This document shows, in pieces, positions 37,525 through 47,082 of a DNA stretch of 64,000 bases. Source of the DNA: a bacterium (GTDB lineage: Bacteria; UBA8248). The stretch spans positions 2,560,001 through 2,624,000 of the forward strand of contig CBDBEV010000001.1 of assembly GCA_965204535.1 (NCBI GenBank). Reading direction: 5' to 3'. The notes beneath the pieces were generated by a model that was not told the origin of the DNA, searched no databases, and saw only the letters and a list, made by a program, of their open reading frames with translations. The translations under genes were made by a program, and so were the position numbers. Position 1 is the stretch's first letter; each line of letters begins with the position of its first letter.

Positions 37525-38313
37525 ATGTTTCATGACAAGAAGGCTTTCGTGTTCGACCTGGAAGGGGTCTTTTTCGCCGGGGACGAGGTGATGCCCGGCG
37601 GGCGGGAGTTGATGCGGGCCATCAAGGCGAGGAACCTCCCCCATCGCTTCATCACGAACATCAGCCGCAGCACGGCGGCGGAGATTCGCACCCACATGGC
37701 GGGCATCGGCCTGGACCCCGGCGAAAACCTCATCGTGGCCGCGCTGGATCGCGTGGGCTCGTTTTTGAGAAAGAACTTCGGATCGGGCAGAGCGTATGTG
37801 CTGGGGACGGATTCGCTGAAACGTGCGGTCGCATCGGGCGGTTTCGAGATATTGGGGTCGGAGGAGGAAGATAAGGCCGACGTCGTACTCGTCGGTCTCG
37901 ATGAGGACCTCACCTACCGGACGTTGAGCGCCGCCGCGCGGGCGGTCAGCCGGGGGGCGCGCTTCGTCGCCATGAACCCCGACGTGCGCCTTCCGAGTGA
38001 GGACGGTTCGTTCTCGCTCGGCGGAGGCGCCATCATGGCGTCGGTGCGGGCGGCGGCGGGCCGGGAGCCGGTGTTCTTCGGGAAGCCCGAACCTTTTCTC
38101 TTCGAGGAAGCGCTCGCCGAGTTGGGCGTGGAGGCGCGCCACGCCGTCATGGTGGGGGACAACCTGAGGACGGACATCGCGGGTGGCCAGAAAGTCGGCA
38201 TGGCCACCGTGTGGGTGAACCGCTGGGGCGTGATTGCCGGGGACCCGGACGTGACGGCGGACCTGGAAGTCAAGACGCTCGACGAACTGATGCCGCATCT
38301 GCCCGGCGGCTAA
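37525..38313 (+). CDS. HAD-IIA (NagD-like) hydrolase
   Basis: FDLEGV, ITN, GKP and MVGDNLRTDI. Confidence 0.85.
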   Translation: MFHDKKAFVFDLEGVFFAGDEVMPGGRELMRAIKARNLPHRFITNISRSTAAEIRTHMAGIGLDPGENLIVAALDRVGSFLRKNFGSGRAYVLGTDSLKRAVASGGFEILGSEEEDKADVVLVGLDEDLTYRTLSAAARAVSRGARFVAMNPDVRLPSEDGSFSLGGGAIMASVRAAAGREPVFFGKPEPFLFEEALAELGVEARHAVMVGDNLRTDIAGGQKVGMATVWVNRWGVIAGDPDVTADLEVKTLDELMPHLPGG

Positions 38314-38336
38314 CTTTAAGAAACAGAGAGGACGAC

Positions 38337-39092
38337 ATGGCGCTGGTGGAATACGAGGTGAGGGACAAGCTGGCCTGCATCACGCTGAACAGGCCGGAGA
38401 AGATGAACGCGATCAACCACGAGATGAGCGAGCGCATCTTCGCGCTGTTCGACGAGATGGAGCGCGACCCCAATGTGTGGGGCTGTCTGATAACGGGCGA
38501 GGGAAGGGCCTTTTCGAGCGGGCACGACCTCACCGAGCCGCCGCCCGAGGAGGGGGAGGTCAAACCCGTCTCCGACCTCTATCAGGTCATCATGGAGCTT
38601 TATAAGCCGTGCTTTGCGGCGATCAACGGGTTCTGCCTGGCGGGCGGTGCGGGCATCGCGCTCTCCTGCGACGTGCGCGTCATGGCTGAAGATACGCAGC
38701 TCGGCTGGCCGCAGGTGATGCGCGGCATCTCTTCGGTCAGCGGGCCGATTCTCCTGGCGAAGCTGCTGCCCTTCAACCTCGCCCACTATCACTTGTTCAC
38801 CGGCGAGCCCATCGACGCGGAAAACGCGCTCAGGCTCGGCCTCGTGAACAAGGTCGTCCCCAAGGAGAAAGTTCTGGAGGAGACCGAAAAGATCGCGCGG
38901 CAGGTGCTGGCGAACGCGCCTCTGGCGGTGTGCGCCATCAAGGAGATCACCGTCCGCGCGCGCGACATGACGATGGAAGACGCCCTGCGTTTCGGCGACG
39001 TGATCCTGAAGCGCCTCCTCGAAACCGAAGACGCCGAAGAGGGCGTGCGCGCCTTCAAGGAGAAAAGACCGCCCCGCTTTACGGGGAGGTAG
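38337..39092 (+). CDS. Enoyl-CoA hydratase/isomerase family protein
   Basis: LNRPEKMNA, AFSSGHDL, AAINGFCLAGG and AFKEKRPP. Confidence 0.92.
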   Translation: MALVEYEVRDKLACITLNRPEKMNAINHEMSERIFALFDEMERDPNVWGCLITGEGRAFSSGHDLTEPPPEEGEVKPVSDLYQVIMELYKPCFAAINGFCLAGGAGIALSCDVRVMAEDTQLGWPQVMRGISSVSGPILLAKLLPFNLAHYHLFTGEPIDAENALRLGLVNKVVPKEKVLEETEKIARQVLANAPLAVCAIKEITVRARDMTMEDALRFGDVILKRLLETEDAEEGVRAFKEKRPPRFTGR

Positions 39093-39117
39093 GGTGCGGG
39101 TCGGCCGTACGCATTCC

Positions 39118-39203
39118 GTAGGGACAGGCCCCTGTGCCTGTCCTCATGAGGGACTACCATAAGGGGCATAAGGGGCAGGACAACCACGGGGGGTTGTCCC
39201 TAC
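39118..39203. repeat. GTAG-type REP doublet (GTAGGGACAGGCCCCTGTGCCTGTCC ... GGACAACCACGGGGGGTTGTCCCTAC)
   Basis: Related copies at about 13803, 30946, 51882-51940, 59008 and 62123. Confidence 0.8.
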
Positions 39204-39316
39204 AATCCTCCGGGGTCACCCCGCTCCTTCCCGCTCCCCACCTTGCGCGCCCGTGCGAGTCGTTGCATAACGGATTCTCGCAAGCTACCTCCACTTTCAC
39301 CTGAAAGGGGACCGCG

Positions 39317-40477
39317 GTGGACTTCGACCTCACCGACTTTCAACGGGAAATCCGGCAAAAAGCCCGCGAAATCGCAGAGAGCAAGATAGCGCCCAAGGCG
39401 GCGCATTGGGACGAGACCGAGGAATACCCCTGGGAGAACGCCCGTATACTCGCGGATGCGGGTTTCATGGGCATGAACATCCCCGGGGAATTCGGCGGAC
39501 CCGAGCGCCCGCTCATCGAGGCCGTCCTCGTGGTCGAGGAGATGGCCAAGGTCTGCGGCATCACGGGGCGCATCGTGGTGGACAGCAACATGGGCGTGGT
39601 GGGGGCGATCATCAAGTACGGCACCGAGGAGCAGAAGAAAAAGTACCTGCCCATGGTGCTCGCAGGCGATAAGCCCGCCATCGTCATCACAGAGCCCGAG
39701 GCGGGGAGCGCCGCCACCGACATGACGACGCGCGCCGTGCTCGACGGCGACGAATATATATTGAACGGCAAGAAGAAGTGGATTACCGGCGCTGGCGTTT
39801 CCCACATCAACCTCGTGTTCGCCCGCGTGGTGCACGGCGGGGACGAGCAGGGAATCGGCGCCCTGATCGTGGAATTGGGGGCGGAGGGCTTCCGCATCGG
39901 GGAGCGCGCCTTCATGATGGGCTTGCGGGGCATTCCCGAGAGTGAGGAGATCTTTGAGAACTGCCGCGTGCCGAGTGAAAACCTGGTGACGGTGGGCTTC
40001 GGCCGCCTGATGGCCGCCTACAACGCCCAGCGCGTGGGTGCCGGCACGGTGGCCTTGGGGCTCGCCGAGGGCGCCTTCGCGCAGGCGGTGGAATACGCGA
40101 AAAAGCGCGAACAGTTCGGCCGCCCGATATCGGAGTTCCAGGGGCTTCAGTGGATTCTGGCGGATGCGCGCATTCAACTCGACGCCGCGCGGCTCCTGCT
40201 CCACCGGGCCGCGGTGCAGGAAGACCCGAAGACAGGCTTTCCCGACATGCACCTCGCCGCCATCGCCAAGACGTTTTCGGCGGAAGCCTCTATCAAGGTG
40301 ACGAACGACGCGCTCCAGATTTTTGGAGCCGCAGGCTATTCGCGCGATTTGCCGATAGAGCGCATGGCGCGCGACGTGCGGATGTTCACCATCGGCGGCG
40401 GCACGACCCAGGCGCAGCGAAACGTGATAGCGTCCGGCATTTTCGGGAGAAAATTCTCACAGCGCCGGGGAGGGTGA
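39317..40477 (+). CDS. Acyl-CoA dehydrogenase family, 3-sulfinopropanoyl-CoA desulfinase (AcdA)-like
   Basis: GRIVVDSNMG, GDKPAI.ITEP, MGLRGIPE, AYNAQRVGAG and MFTIGGGT; lacks the usual catalytic Glu. Confidence 0.75.
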   Translation: MDFDLTDFQREIRQKAREIAESKIAPKAAHWDETEEYPWENARILADAGFMGMNIPGEFGGPERPLIEAVLVVEEMAKVCGITGRIVVDSNMGVVGAIIKYGTEEQKKKYLPMVLAGDKPAIVITEPEAGSAATDMTTRAVLDGDEYILNGKKKWITGAGVSHINLVFARVVHGGDEQGIGALIVELGAEGFRIGERAFMMGLRGIPESEEIFENCRVPSENLVTVGFGRLMAAYNAQRVGAGTVALGLAEGAFAQAVEYAKKREQFGRPISEFQGLQWILADARIQLDAARLLLHRAAVQEDPKTGFPDMHLAAIAKTFSAEASIKVTNDALQIFGAAGYSRDLPIERMARDVRMFTIGGGTTQAQRNVIASGIFGRKFSQRRGG

Positions 40478-40552
40478 GAAGACCACCGACTACGTGGCTT
40501 TTGACGTCGTTACTCAGAGAGCGGTAACCCCCGGCCGTTCAGCAAAGGAAAC

Positions 40553-40897
40553 ATGATGGCTATGTTTACACTGAAGGAAGCCCGCGCCCTGCTGCCGCAG
40601 GTCAAGGAAGTGACGCAGCATTACCACGATGTCGTTGAGGAGATGCGCGAACAGCTCGAAGACGTAGACGAGTCGCGCGATATCAAGCGCATCGAGGGAC
40701 TCATGAATGACGCGGTTCAAGAATGGGTGAATGCCGTCAGAGACCTCGGGGTGGAAGTCAAAGGTTTGTGGCTGGCGGATTTCGATTCGGGAGACGGCTA
40801 TTACTACTGCTGGAAGCTCGGCGAGGACGACATCGAACATTTTCACAGCTACGACGGCGGGTTCGCCGGGCGCCGTCCCATTTCGTTGCTGGAGTAG
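40553..40897 (+). CDS. DUF2203 family protein
   Basis: FTLKEARALLP, GVEVKG...DF, CWKLGE..I.HFH and GFAGRRP. Confidence 0.8.
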   Translation: MMAMFTLKEARALLPQVKEVTQHYHDVVEEMREQLEDVDESRDIKRIEGLMNDAVQEWVNAVRDLGVEVKGLWLADFDSGDGYYYCWKLGEDDIEHFHSYDGGFAGRRPISLLE

Positions 40898-40963
40898 TAT
40901 TTTTTCTCGTCGCAGCGCCGAGCCGGTTCCCGTTGGATAGCGCTGCTATAGCACAGATGAACC

Positions 40964-42184
40964 CTAGCCGTATTGCAGAATCATGCCGGTGATCCCGCAT
41001 TCGATGCAGCCGGCCACCTCGATGCAGCGTGAGTTCGCAGGCGGCATGACGACACCGGTGATGCCCTCTCTGTAGAATCGCTCGAAGGGGTAGCGCCGCG
41101 CGATGGAGCGGCCCCCCACCAGCCGCATCGCGTGCTGCACCACCTTGGCGCAGACCTCGCACGAGATGTATTTGGACTGCATCACGGTTTTCACCGTGTT
41201 CTGGTTCGCCATGCCGTCGCCTTGTTCTTTCACGTGGCACGCCTCGTAGAGGAGCATCCGCGCGGCCCTGAGCTCGGAGCTCAACTCGCCGATGCAGCTC
41301 TGGTACATCTCGTTGTGGCTCAGCGGTTCGGGGTTGGGCGGGTATTGCGTTGTTTTCACGTATTCGACCAGGTGATTGTAGGCCCCTTCCGCGATGCCGA
41401 GGTAGGCGGCGGCAAAGCCCAAGTGGAACATGGTGATGTCGATTTTCCCCAGCGCGCCGATGAAGTTCTCACCCCCCAGGATGTCCTCGTTCGGCACGAA
41501 GGTATCCTCGAAGATGATGTCGTCGCTCGCCGTTCCCCGCATCGACATGGTGTCCCACACCACCTCCACGGATGAACCCGCATAGTCCTTGTGGAGCACG
41601 GCGGTCATGATGGCCTCGGCGGCGGTCTTCTTCCCCTCCAGGAACCCGGTGGTGAAGTAGTAATCGGCGTGTTCGCCTATGGAAGCGGAAATCTTCCTGC
41701 CGCTCAGGCGGTAGCCGCCCTCCACGGGAGAGAAGATGGACTTGAGCGTCACGAGATGGCGGAAGCTCATGCCGCGTTCCGCCGTGACGGAGGAGAATAG
41801 CTTTCCGTTCTCGACGATGTCGGGGAGCACGCGCTTTTTCTGCTCATCGTTCGCCAGGGCGAAAAAGAGGCTCACGCAGGTCTGGTGCATGTTCCAGGTC
41901 AGCGCGGTCGAAGCGCACACCTTGCCCAGTTCGGCGAGCGCCATGTTGTAGGTGAGGGAATTTGCCCCCGAGCCGCCCCATTCCTCCGGGATGCACAGGG
42001 CGTTCAGGCCCGCGTCGGTGAGCAGTTTGTAGTTCTCGGTGGGAAAGCGGCCCTCGCGGTCGATCTCGGCGGCCAGTTCTTCCATCTGTGGCGCGAGGGC
42101 TTTTATTTTGTCGATGATTTCCTTGTCGTATTTCAAATCCATGAGCGTTTCGTATGACTCACTCGCCGCGGTTGGGGGACCCAT
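40964..42184 (-). CDS. Acyl-CoA dehydrogenase-fold flavoprotein (possible monooxygenase)
   Basis: DREGRFP, STALTWNMH, WDTMSMRGTAS and FERFYRE; GGAGG RBS. Confidence 0.85.
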   Translation of the reverse strand: MGPPTAASESYETLMDLKYDKEIIDKIKALAPQMEELAAEIDREGRFPTENYKLLTDAGLNALCIPEEWGGSGANSLTYNMALAELGKVCASTALTWNMHQTCVSLFFALANDEQKKRVLPDIVENGKLFSSVTAERGMSFRHLVTLKSIFSPVEGGYRLSGRKISASIGEHADYYFTTGFLEGKKTAAEAIMTAVLHKDYAGSSVEVVWDTMSMRGTASDDIIFEDTFVPNEDILGGENFIGALGKIDITMFHLGFAAAYLGIAEGAYNHLVEYVKTTQYPPNPEPLSHNEMYQSCIGELSSELRAARMLLYEACHVKEQGDGMANQNTVKTVMQSKYISCEVCAKVVQHAMRLVGGRSIARRYPFERFYREGITGVVMPPANSRCIEVAGCIECGITGMILQYG

Positions 42185-42554
42185 TATTTTCCTCCTGTTC
42201 ATCGAAGTGAATACCGCCTCACCTCGATCATCCAGACGGCAATCTACTGCAAGGGCCGAGCGAGAGGACGTGCCCGACGCATCCCGTGTTCAACTCATCG
42301 TCATCTCTCTTTCTTCTCTCAGGATGGTTCTTCACCCGCTCGCTCGTGCGAGAAAGTCGCGCCGTACGCGCAGGCACCCCCGCTCGCCAAGTGGGTGAAT
42401 GCCAATCCTGTCAGATGCCTCTCTGAGTTTGACATTGCTTCATCGAGGCATGTAATCTCCGCTGGGTTTTTCATACTTTAACCCATTGAGATAGTTCGCG
42501 CATCCACTGCGAAACAAGTTTGGTTCGTTATCCCTGGATTTTGGGAGATTTTCC

Positions 42555-43556
42555 ATGCCTCCCCGCATACTCGTCTCCACCACGCCGTTCGGCGAGATCG
42601 ACCCCAGGCCCATCAAGATGCTCGAAAGCGCAGGGGTGGAGTACGTGCGCAACACGCTGGGCAAGCGGCCGAACGAAGACGAGTTCGCCGAGATGATTCG
42701 CGATGGCTTCGACGCCGTCATCGCGGGTCTCGAGCCCTTCAACCCGAGGATACTCGATTTGGCGAAAGGGCTGAGGTTCATATCGCGCGCCACGGTGGGC
42801 CTCGAGACGGTGGACCTGAACGCGGCGAGGGAGAGAAACATTCTCGTTGCGAATACCCCCGGAGCCAACTCCGAGGCCGTGGCGGAACTGACGCTCAGCC
42901 ACCTGCTCTCGCTCCTGCGGGGCGTGCATCACTCCCACAACGCGCTCCTGCGCGGCGAGTGGCTCCAGTACATGGGCCGCACGCTCGATGAAATCACCCT
43001 GGGCGTCATCGGCGTGGGCCGCATCGGCAAGCAGGTGATACGCCACGTCTCGGGCTTCGGGACGAAAATCATCGCGGACGACCTCGCGCCCGATCTGGAA
43101 TTCGGCGAGCGCTACGGCGTGGAATGGGCCGGGAAAGAAGAGATCTACCGCCGCGCCGACGCCCTTTCCCTGCACGTTCCCGCCACGCCGAAGACGATTC
43201 ACATGGTGGGGGAAGACGAAATCGCGATGATGAAAAAAGGCGCTTTTCTCATCAACACGGCGCGCGGCGTCATCGTGGACGATGAGGCGCTCGCGCGCGC
43301 GTTGCGCTCGGGCCATTTAGGGGGCGCGGGGATCGACGTTTTCCCCGAAGAACCCTACCGGGGGGCACTCGTGGGCGCGCCCAACTGTATCCTCACCGCG
43401 CACCTGGGTGCACGGGCGCGCTCCTCGCGCCTGCAGATGGAACTCGACGCGACGGAGAACGTCCTGTGCTTTCTGGCGGGGGAGGCGATTCCGGGGCTCG
43501 TGCCGGATGAGGAATACGAGATGCAGCGCATCATCACCGCCGACGCGAGCGCGTAA
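42555..43556 (+). CDS. D-isomer-specific 2-hydroxyacid dehydrogenase (SerA-like)
   Basis: GVGRIG, INTARG, DVFPEEP and TAHLG. Confidence 0.9.
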   Translation: MPPRILVSTTPFGEIDPRPIKMLESAGVEYVRNTLGKRPNEDEFAEMIRDGFDAVIAGLEPFNPRILDLAKGLRFISRATVGLETVDLNAARERNILVANTPGANSEAVAELTLSHLLSLLRGVHHSHNALLRGEWLQYMGRTLDEITLGVIGVGRIGKQVIRHVSGFGTKIIADDLAPDLEFGERYGVEWAGKEEIYRRADALSLHVPATPKTIHMVGEDEIAMMKKGAFLINTARGVIVDDEALARALRSGHLGGAGIDVFPEEPYRGALVGAPNCILTAHLGARARSSRLQMELDATENVLCFLAGEAIPGLVPDEEYEMQRIITADASA

Positions 43557-43596
43557 ACCGGGGAGGGGAGCCCCTCCCGAAAAATGGAGCCATCCG

Positions 43597-44361
43597 ATGC
43601 CCAAGACACCTGATTATTTCGCGGGAAAAACCATCATCGTCACCGGCGCGGCCAGCGGCATCGGCAAGGAGACCTCGCTCATATTCGGGCGCGAGGGCGC
43701 CAACGTCTTCTGCGCGGACTTGGATGAGGAAGGCGCCGCCGAAATAGCCGAGCGCGTTACGGAGAATGGGGGAAAGGGCGTTCACATGAAGGTGGACGTC
43801 ACCTCGCGCGAAGAAGCGTTCGAGATGACGAGGCGCGCCAGGGAGCGGTTCGGCCGGGTCGATTTCTCGCTCAACTCCGCAGGGGCGGCTCTCAGGCGCT
43901 CCGATTTTCTGGGGATAGACGACGACCTGTGGGAGCGGACGTTCGACCTGAACGTCAAGGGCGTTTTCTACTGCATGCAGGCCGCGATTCCCGAAATGCT
44001 CGAAAACGGCGGGGGCGTCATCGTCAACATCGGTAGCATGGCGCACAAGCGCGGCGGGCCGGGCCACTCGGTGCACTACGCGGCGGCCAAGGGCGCGGTG
44101 GTGACGATGAGCATGGGCGTGGGCCGCGAATATGCCGATAAGGGAATCCGGTGCATGTCCATATCGCCCGGACCCATCGACACGCCGTTTCATGACGTCT
44201 CCTCGGAGGCGCTCAAGGAGTCGATGCGGAGCCAGATACCGATGGGCCGCTTCGGCACTGCGGAGGAAATCGGCGAGCTGGTGTTGTTCATGTGTTCGGA
44301 TGCGTGCGCGTTCATGACGGCGGATACCGTGTACGTGAACGGCGGCGGGGGCTGGAAGTAA
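43597..44361 (+). CDS. SDR family oxidoreductase
   Basis: TGAASGIG, NSAG and YAAAK. Confidence 0.92.
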   Translation: MPKTPDYFAGKTIIVTGAASGIGKETSLIFGREGANVFCADLDEEGAAEIAERVTENGGKGVHMKVDVTSREEAFEMTRRARERFGRVDFSLNSAGAALRRSDFLGIDDDLWERTFDLNVKGVFYCMQAAIPEMLENGGGVIVNIGSMAHKRGGPGHSVHYAAAKGAVVTMSMGVGREYADKGIRCMSISPGPIDTPFHDVSSEALKESMRSQIPMGRFGTAEEIGELVLFMCSDACAFMTADTVYVNGGGGWK

Positions 44362-44389
44362 AGCGCGCGGGCAAGGACGGCCCTCGCGC

Positions 44390-44558
44390 GCCTGTTGGAA
44401 AAGCCGGAAAGGGAAAATTTGTTCATGTGTAGGGGACGCATATATGCGTCCCTGGTTTTCTCACCCACTGCAAGGGCCGCATGTATGCGGCCCCTACAAA
44501 ACCGTTCCCTCCCCGATCTAGTCAAACCTTCGTTCATCGGGGCTTTTTCAACAGCCCC
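44390..44558. mobile_element. Degenerate IS1182-ended MITE enclosing a GTAG-REP doublet
   Basis: GCCTGTTGGAAAAGCC ... GGCTTTTTCAACAGCCCC; GTAGGGGACGCATATATGCGTCCC inside; GCGCG on both flanks. Confidence 0.6.
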
Positions 44559-44570
44559 CCGCGCGCCGCA

Positions 44571-44795
44571 TCACCTTCTCGAAAAAAGATTCAGGAGCAG
44601 CGTCAGCACGATGCTGATCACGATGCAGGTCACCACCGGGAAGGAAAAGCTCCAGTTCTTGCCCTTCAGGTGAATGTCGCCGGGCAGTTTTCCCAGAAAC
44701 GGAATCTTGGGCGCCAGGACGAACACCACACCCAAGACCATCAGGATTGCGCCGAGCAGAATCAGCGCTTTACCGAAACCGCCGAATGGCTCCAT
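44571..44795 (-). CDS. DUF2905 family small membrane protein
   Basis: LGKLPGDI and FPVVTCIVIS between two TM segments; common next to ruvB. Confidence 0.85.
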   Translation of the reverse strand: MEPFGGFGKALILLGAILMVLGVVFVLAPKIPFLGKLPGDIHLKGKNWSFSFPVVTCIVISIVLTLLLNLFSRR

Positions 44796-44810
44796 CTGCT
44801 TTTTTTCCCC

Positions 44811-45875
44811 TTAAGCGGACGTACCGGTTTCCTCGTCCTTCGCGGCGCCCTCCCAGAGTTCTTGCTGGGCCCCTTGGGGCAGCGCGACGCCCAGGTGCGC
44901 ATACGCCGCCGATGGCGCGCGCCTGCCGCCGCGCGTGCGCTGCACGAAACCCGCCCGCAGCAGGAACGGCTCCACCATGTCCACGAGGGTGTCCGACTCC
45001 TCGTTCATGGTGGCGGCGATGGCCTCCACCCCCACCGGGCCGCCGCCGTATTGATCGATGATCGTCCGCAGGTACTTCCTGTCCAGCGCGTCCAGGCCCA
45101 GTTCGTCCACGCCCTCCATGGCGAGCGCCTCGCGTGTTTTGGATAGGCTGATGGCGCCGTCTCCGCGCGCCTGAGAGAAATCGCGTGTCCAGAGCAGGAG
45201 CCGGTTCGCCGTCCGGGGTGTGCCCCGGCTTCTTCGGGCGAGTTCGCGCGCCGCCTCCTCTTCAATCGGAGCGTCGAGGCGCACGGCGCTCCTGAGGAGT
45301 ATCTGCACGAGTTCTTCTTCGGAATAGAAATCCACGTGGTAGACGAGATAGAAGCGCTCTCTCAGAGCGGCGGTCAGGGCGCCGGGGCGCGTGGTGGCGC
45401 CCACGGCCGTGAATATCTTGAGCGGGAAGTTGATGGTGCGGGCCATGGGGCCGCGGTCCACGACGAAATCCACCCGGTAATCCTCCATCGCGGGGTAGAG
45501 GAATTCCTCCACCGCGCTGGGCATCCGGTGGATCTCGTCGATGAACAGCACGTCGCCCTGCTGGAGACCCGTGAGGATTCCCATGAGGTCGGCCGGTCTG
45601 GAGAGGGAGGGGCCGGAGGTCTTGACGAGGCGCGTGCCCATCTCTTCCGAGATGATGTGCGAGAGCGTGGTTTTCCCCAGACCCGGCGGCCCGTGGAAGA
45701 GGATGTGGCCCAGGGGTTCGTTTCTCTTGCGCGACGCCTCGAGCGCAATCCGCAGCTTGGCCACCAGGTCGGTCTGGCCCACGTATTCTTCGAGCTTCGT
45801 GGGTCTGAGCGAGGTGAAGGTTCGCTCCTCCGCCGGACTCGTCGCCTTCGCGCTCACGCGCCGCTCGATGACCAT
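44811..45875 (-). CDS. ruvB: Holliday junction branch migration helicase RuvB
   Basis: LRP..L.EYVGQ, GPPGLGKTT, FIDEIHR and SRGTPR. Confidence 0.97.
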   Translation of the reverse strand: MVIERRVSAKATSPAEERTFTSLRPTKLEEYVGQTDLVAKLRIALEASRKRNEPLGHILFHGPPGLGKTTLSHIISEEMGTRLVKTSGPSLSRPADLMGILTGLQQGDVLFIDEIHRMPSAVEEFLYPAMEDYRVDFVVDRGPMARTINFPLKIFTAVGATTRPGALTAALRERFYLVYHVDFYSEEELVQILLRSAVRLDAPIEEEAARELARRSRGTPRTANRLLLWTRDFSQARGDGAISLSKTREALAMEGVDELGLDALDRKYLRTIIDQYGGGPVGVEAIAATMNEESDTLVDMVEPFLLRAGFVQRTRGGRRAPSAAYAHLGVALPQGAQQELWEGAAKDEETGTSA

Positions 45876-45885
45876 GGTTTTCTCC

Positions 45886-46521
45886 CTACCGGCTCAGCCG
45901 GAAGACTTCCTGCAGGATGGCCTCGGCCTCCGCTTCCGCACCCAGTTCGGCGACGGCGCGCTCCACGAGGTTCTCGGCCTCGGGGGTGCGGTAGCCCAAC
46001 TGCCCCACCAGCACGGCCATGACGTCCCCGTACAGGGGCGCGGCTTCTTGACGCTCTGCAGTCGGAGGCGCGACCTCTCCCGCGAGTTGAAGCTCCGCGA
46101 TCTCCTCTCTGAGCGTCGAGATCACCTGTTCCGCCTTTTTCCTGCCGATGCCGGGCAGTTTGGTGAGCATGGTGGCGTTCGCCGCCGCGATGGCTTCCGC
46201 GATCTGGAGGGGGGGCAGGCTCATCGCCCGCACCCCGCTCTTGGGACTGATGCCGGGCACTTTGATGAAAGAGAGAAAAAAGGCTCTTTCTTCCGCGGAG
46301 AGGAAACCCACCAGCCGGGGCAGGAACTGGCCCGTGGCCACGTTTCCCTCCAGGTAGTGATGGGTGTGGAGTTCCACCGCCTCGCGCGCGCCCATGAGCG
46401 CCTGAAGCTCATGCACCGCGTATCCGCCCACCTGGATTTCATAGGCGACCCCGGTCGGCGTCTTCAAGATGACGCATTCGGCCTGGACGTCGATGATCTC
46501 GCCCGATATCTGTCGGATCAT
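45886..46521 (-). CDS. ruvA: Holliday junction DNA-binding protein RuvA
   Basis: GVAYEI, HhH motifs VPGISPK and LPGIGRKKA; gene order. Confidence 0.93.
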   Translation of the reverse strand: MIRQISGEIIDVQAECVILKTPTGVAYEIQVGGYAVHELQALMGAREAVELHTHHYLEGNVATGQFLPRLVGFLSAEERAFFLSFIKVPGISPKSGVRAMSLPPLQIAEAIAAANATMLTKLPGIGRKKAEQVISTLREEIAELQLAGEVAPPTAERQEAAPLYGDVMAVLVGQLGYRTPEAENLVERAVAELGAEAEAEAILQEVFRLSR

Positions 46522-47051
46522 GCGCCGCTCCCGACCGCCTGAGCGCGCCTCAAGTGGCTGCGGTCGATGTGGCAGTACGCGGCGGCGATGGCGTCGGCCA
46601 CGTCGGCGGGTTCGGGCAGATCGTGCAATCTGAGCCGCTGCTGGACCATGTGCTGCACCTGCGCCTTCGTGGCGCGTCCGGCGCCGACGAGCGATTTCTT
46701 GATCTCCGTGGCCGCATAGCTGACCACGGGAACATCCGCCTGCGATGCGGCGAGGAAAATCACCCCCCGCGCGTGTCCCATGATGATGGAGGTGCGGGGG
46801 TGCTTGTAGTGGCTGTAGAGGTTTTCCACGGCCATGACGTGGGGCTCGTTCGTCTCGATGATGTGGGCGAGGTCCTTGTGCAGTTCATAGAGGCGCTTCT
46901 CGATGGGTGCGCTCGGGTCGTTTTTGAGGATGCCGCCGTCCACCAGGCTCGGTTCGTATTCGCCCTCATCGAGGCGCAAAACGGCGTAGCCCGTCACACC
47001 AAGGCCGGGGTCCACGCCCAGCACGCGGAATGTGTTTTCAGGTTGCGTCAA
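46518..47051 (-). CDS. ruvC: Crossover junction endodeoxyribonuclease RuvC
   Basis: LGVDPG, AVE, ARGV, G.GRATK.QV and DVADA. Confidence 0.95.
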   Translation of the reverse strand: MTQPENTFRVLGVDPGLGVTGYAVLRLDEGEYEPSLVDGGILKNDPSAPIEKRLYELHKDLAHIIETNEPHVMAVENLYSHYKHPRTSIIMGHARGVIFLAASQADVPVVSYAATEIKKSLVGAGRATKAQVQHMVQQRLRLHDLPEPADVADAIAAAYCHIDRSHLRRAQAVGSGA

Positions 47052-47082
47052 AAGAAAACCCCACGGGCGGTGGGTTGTGCGT

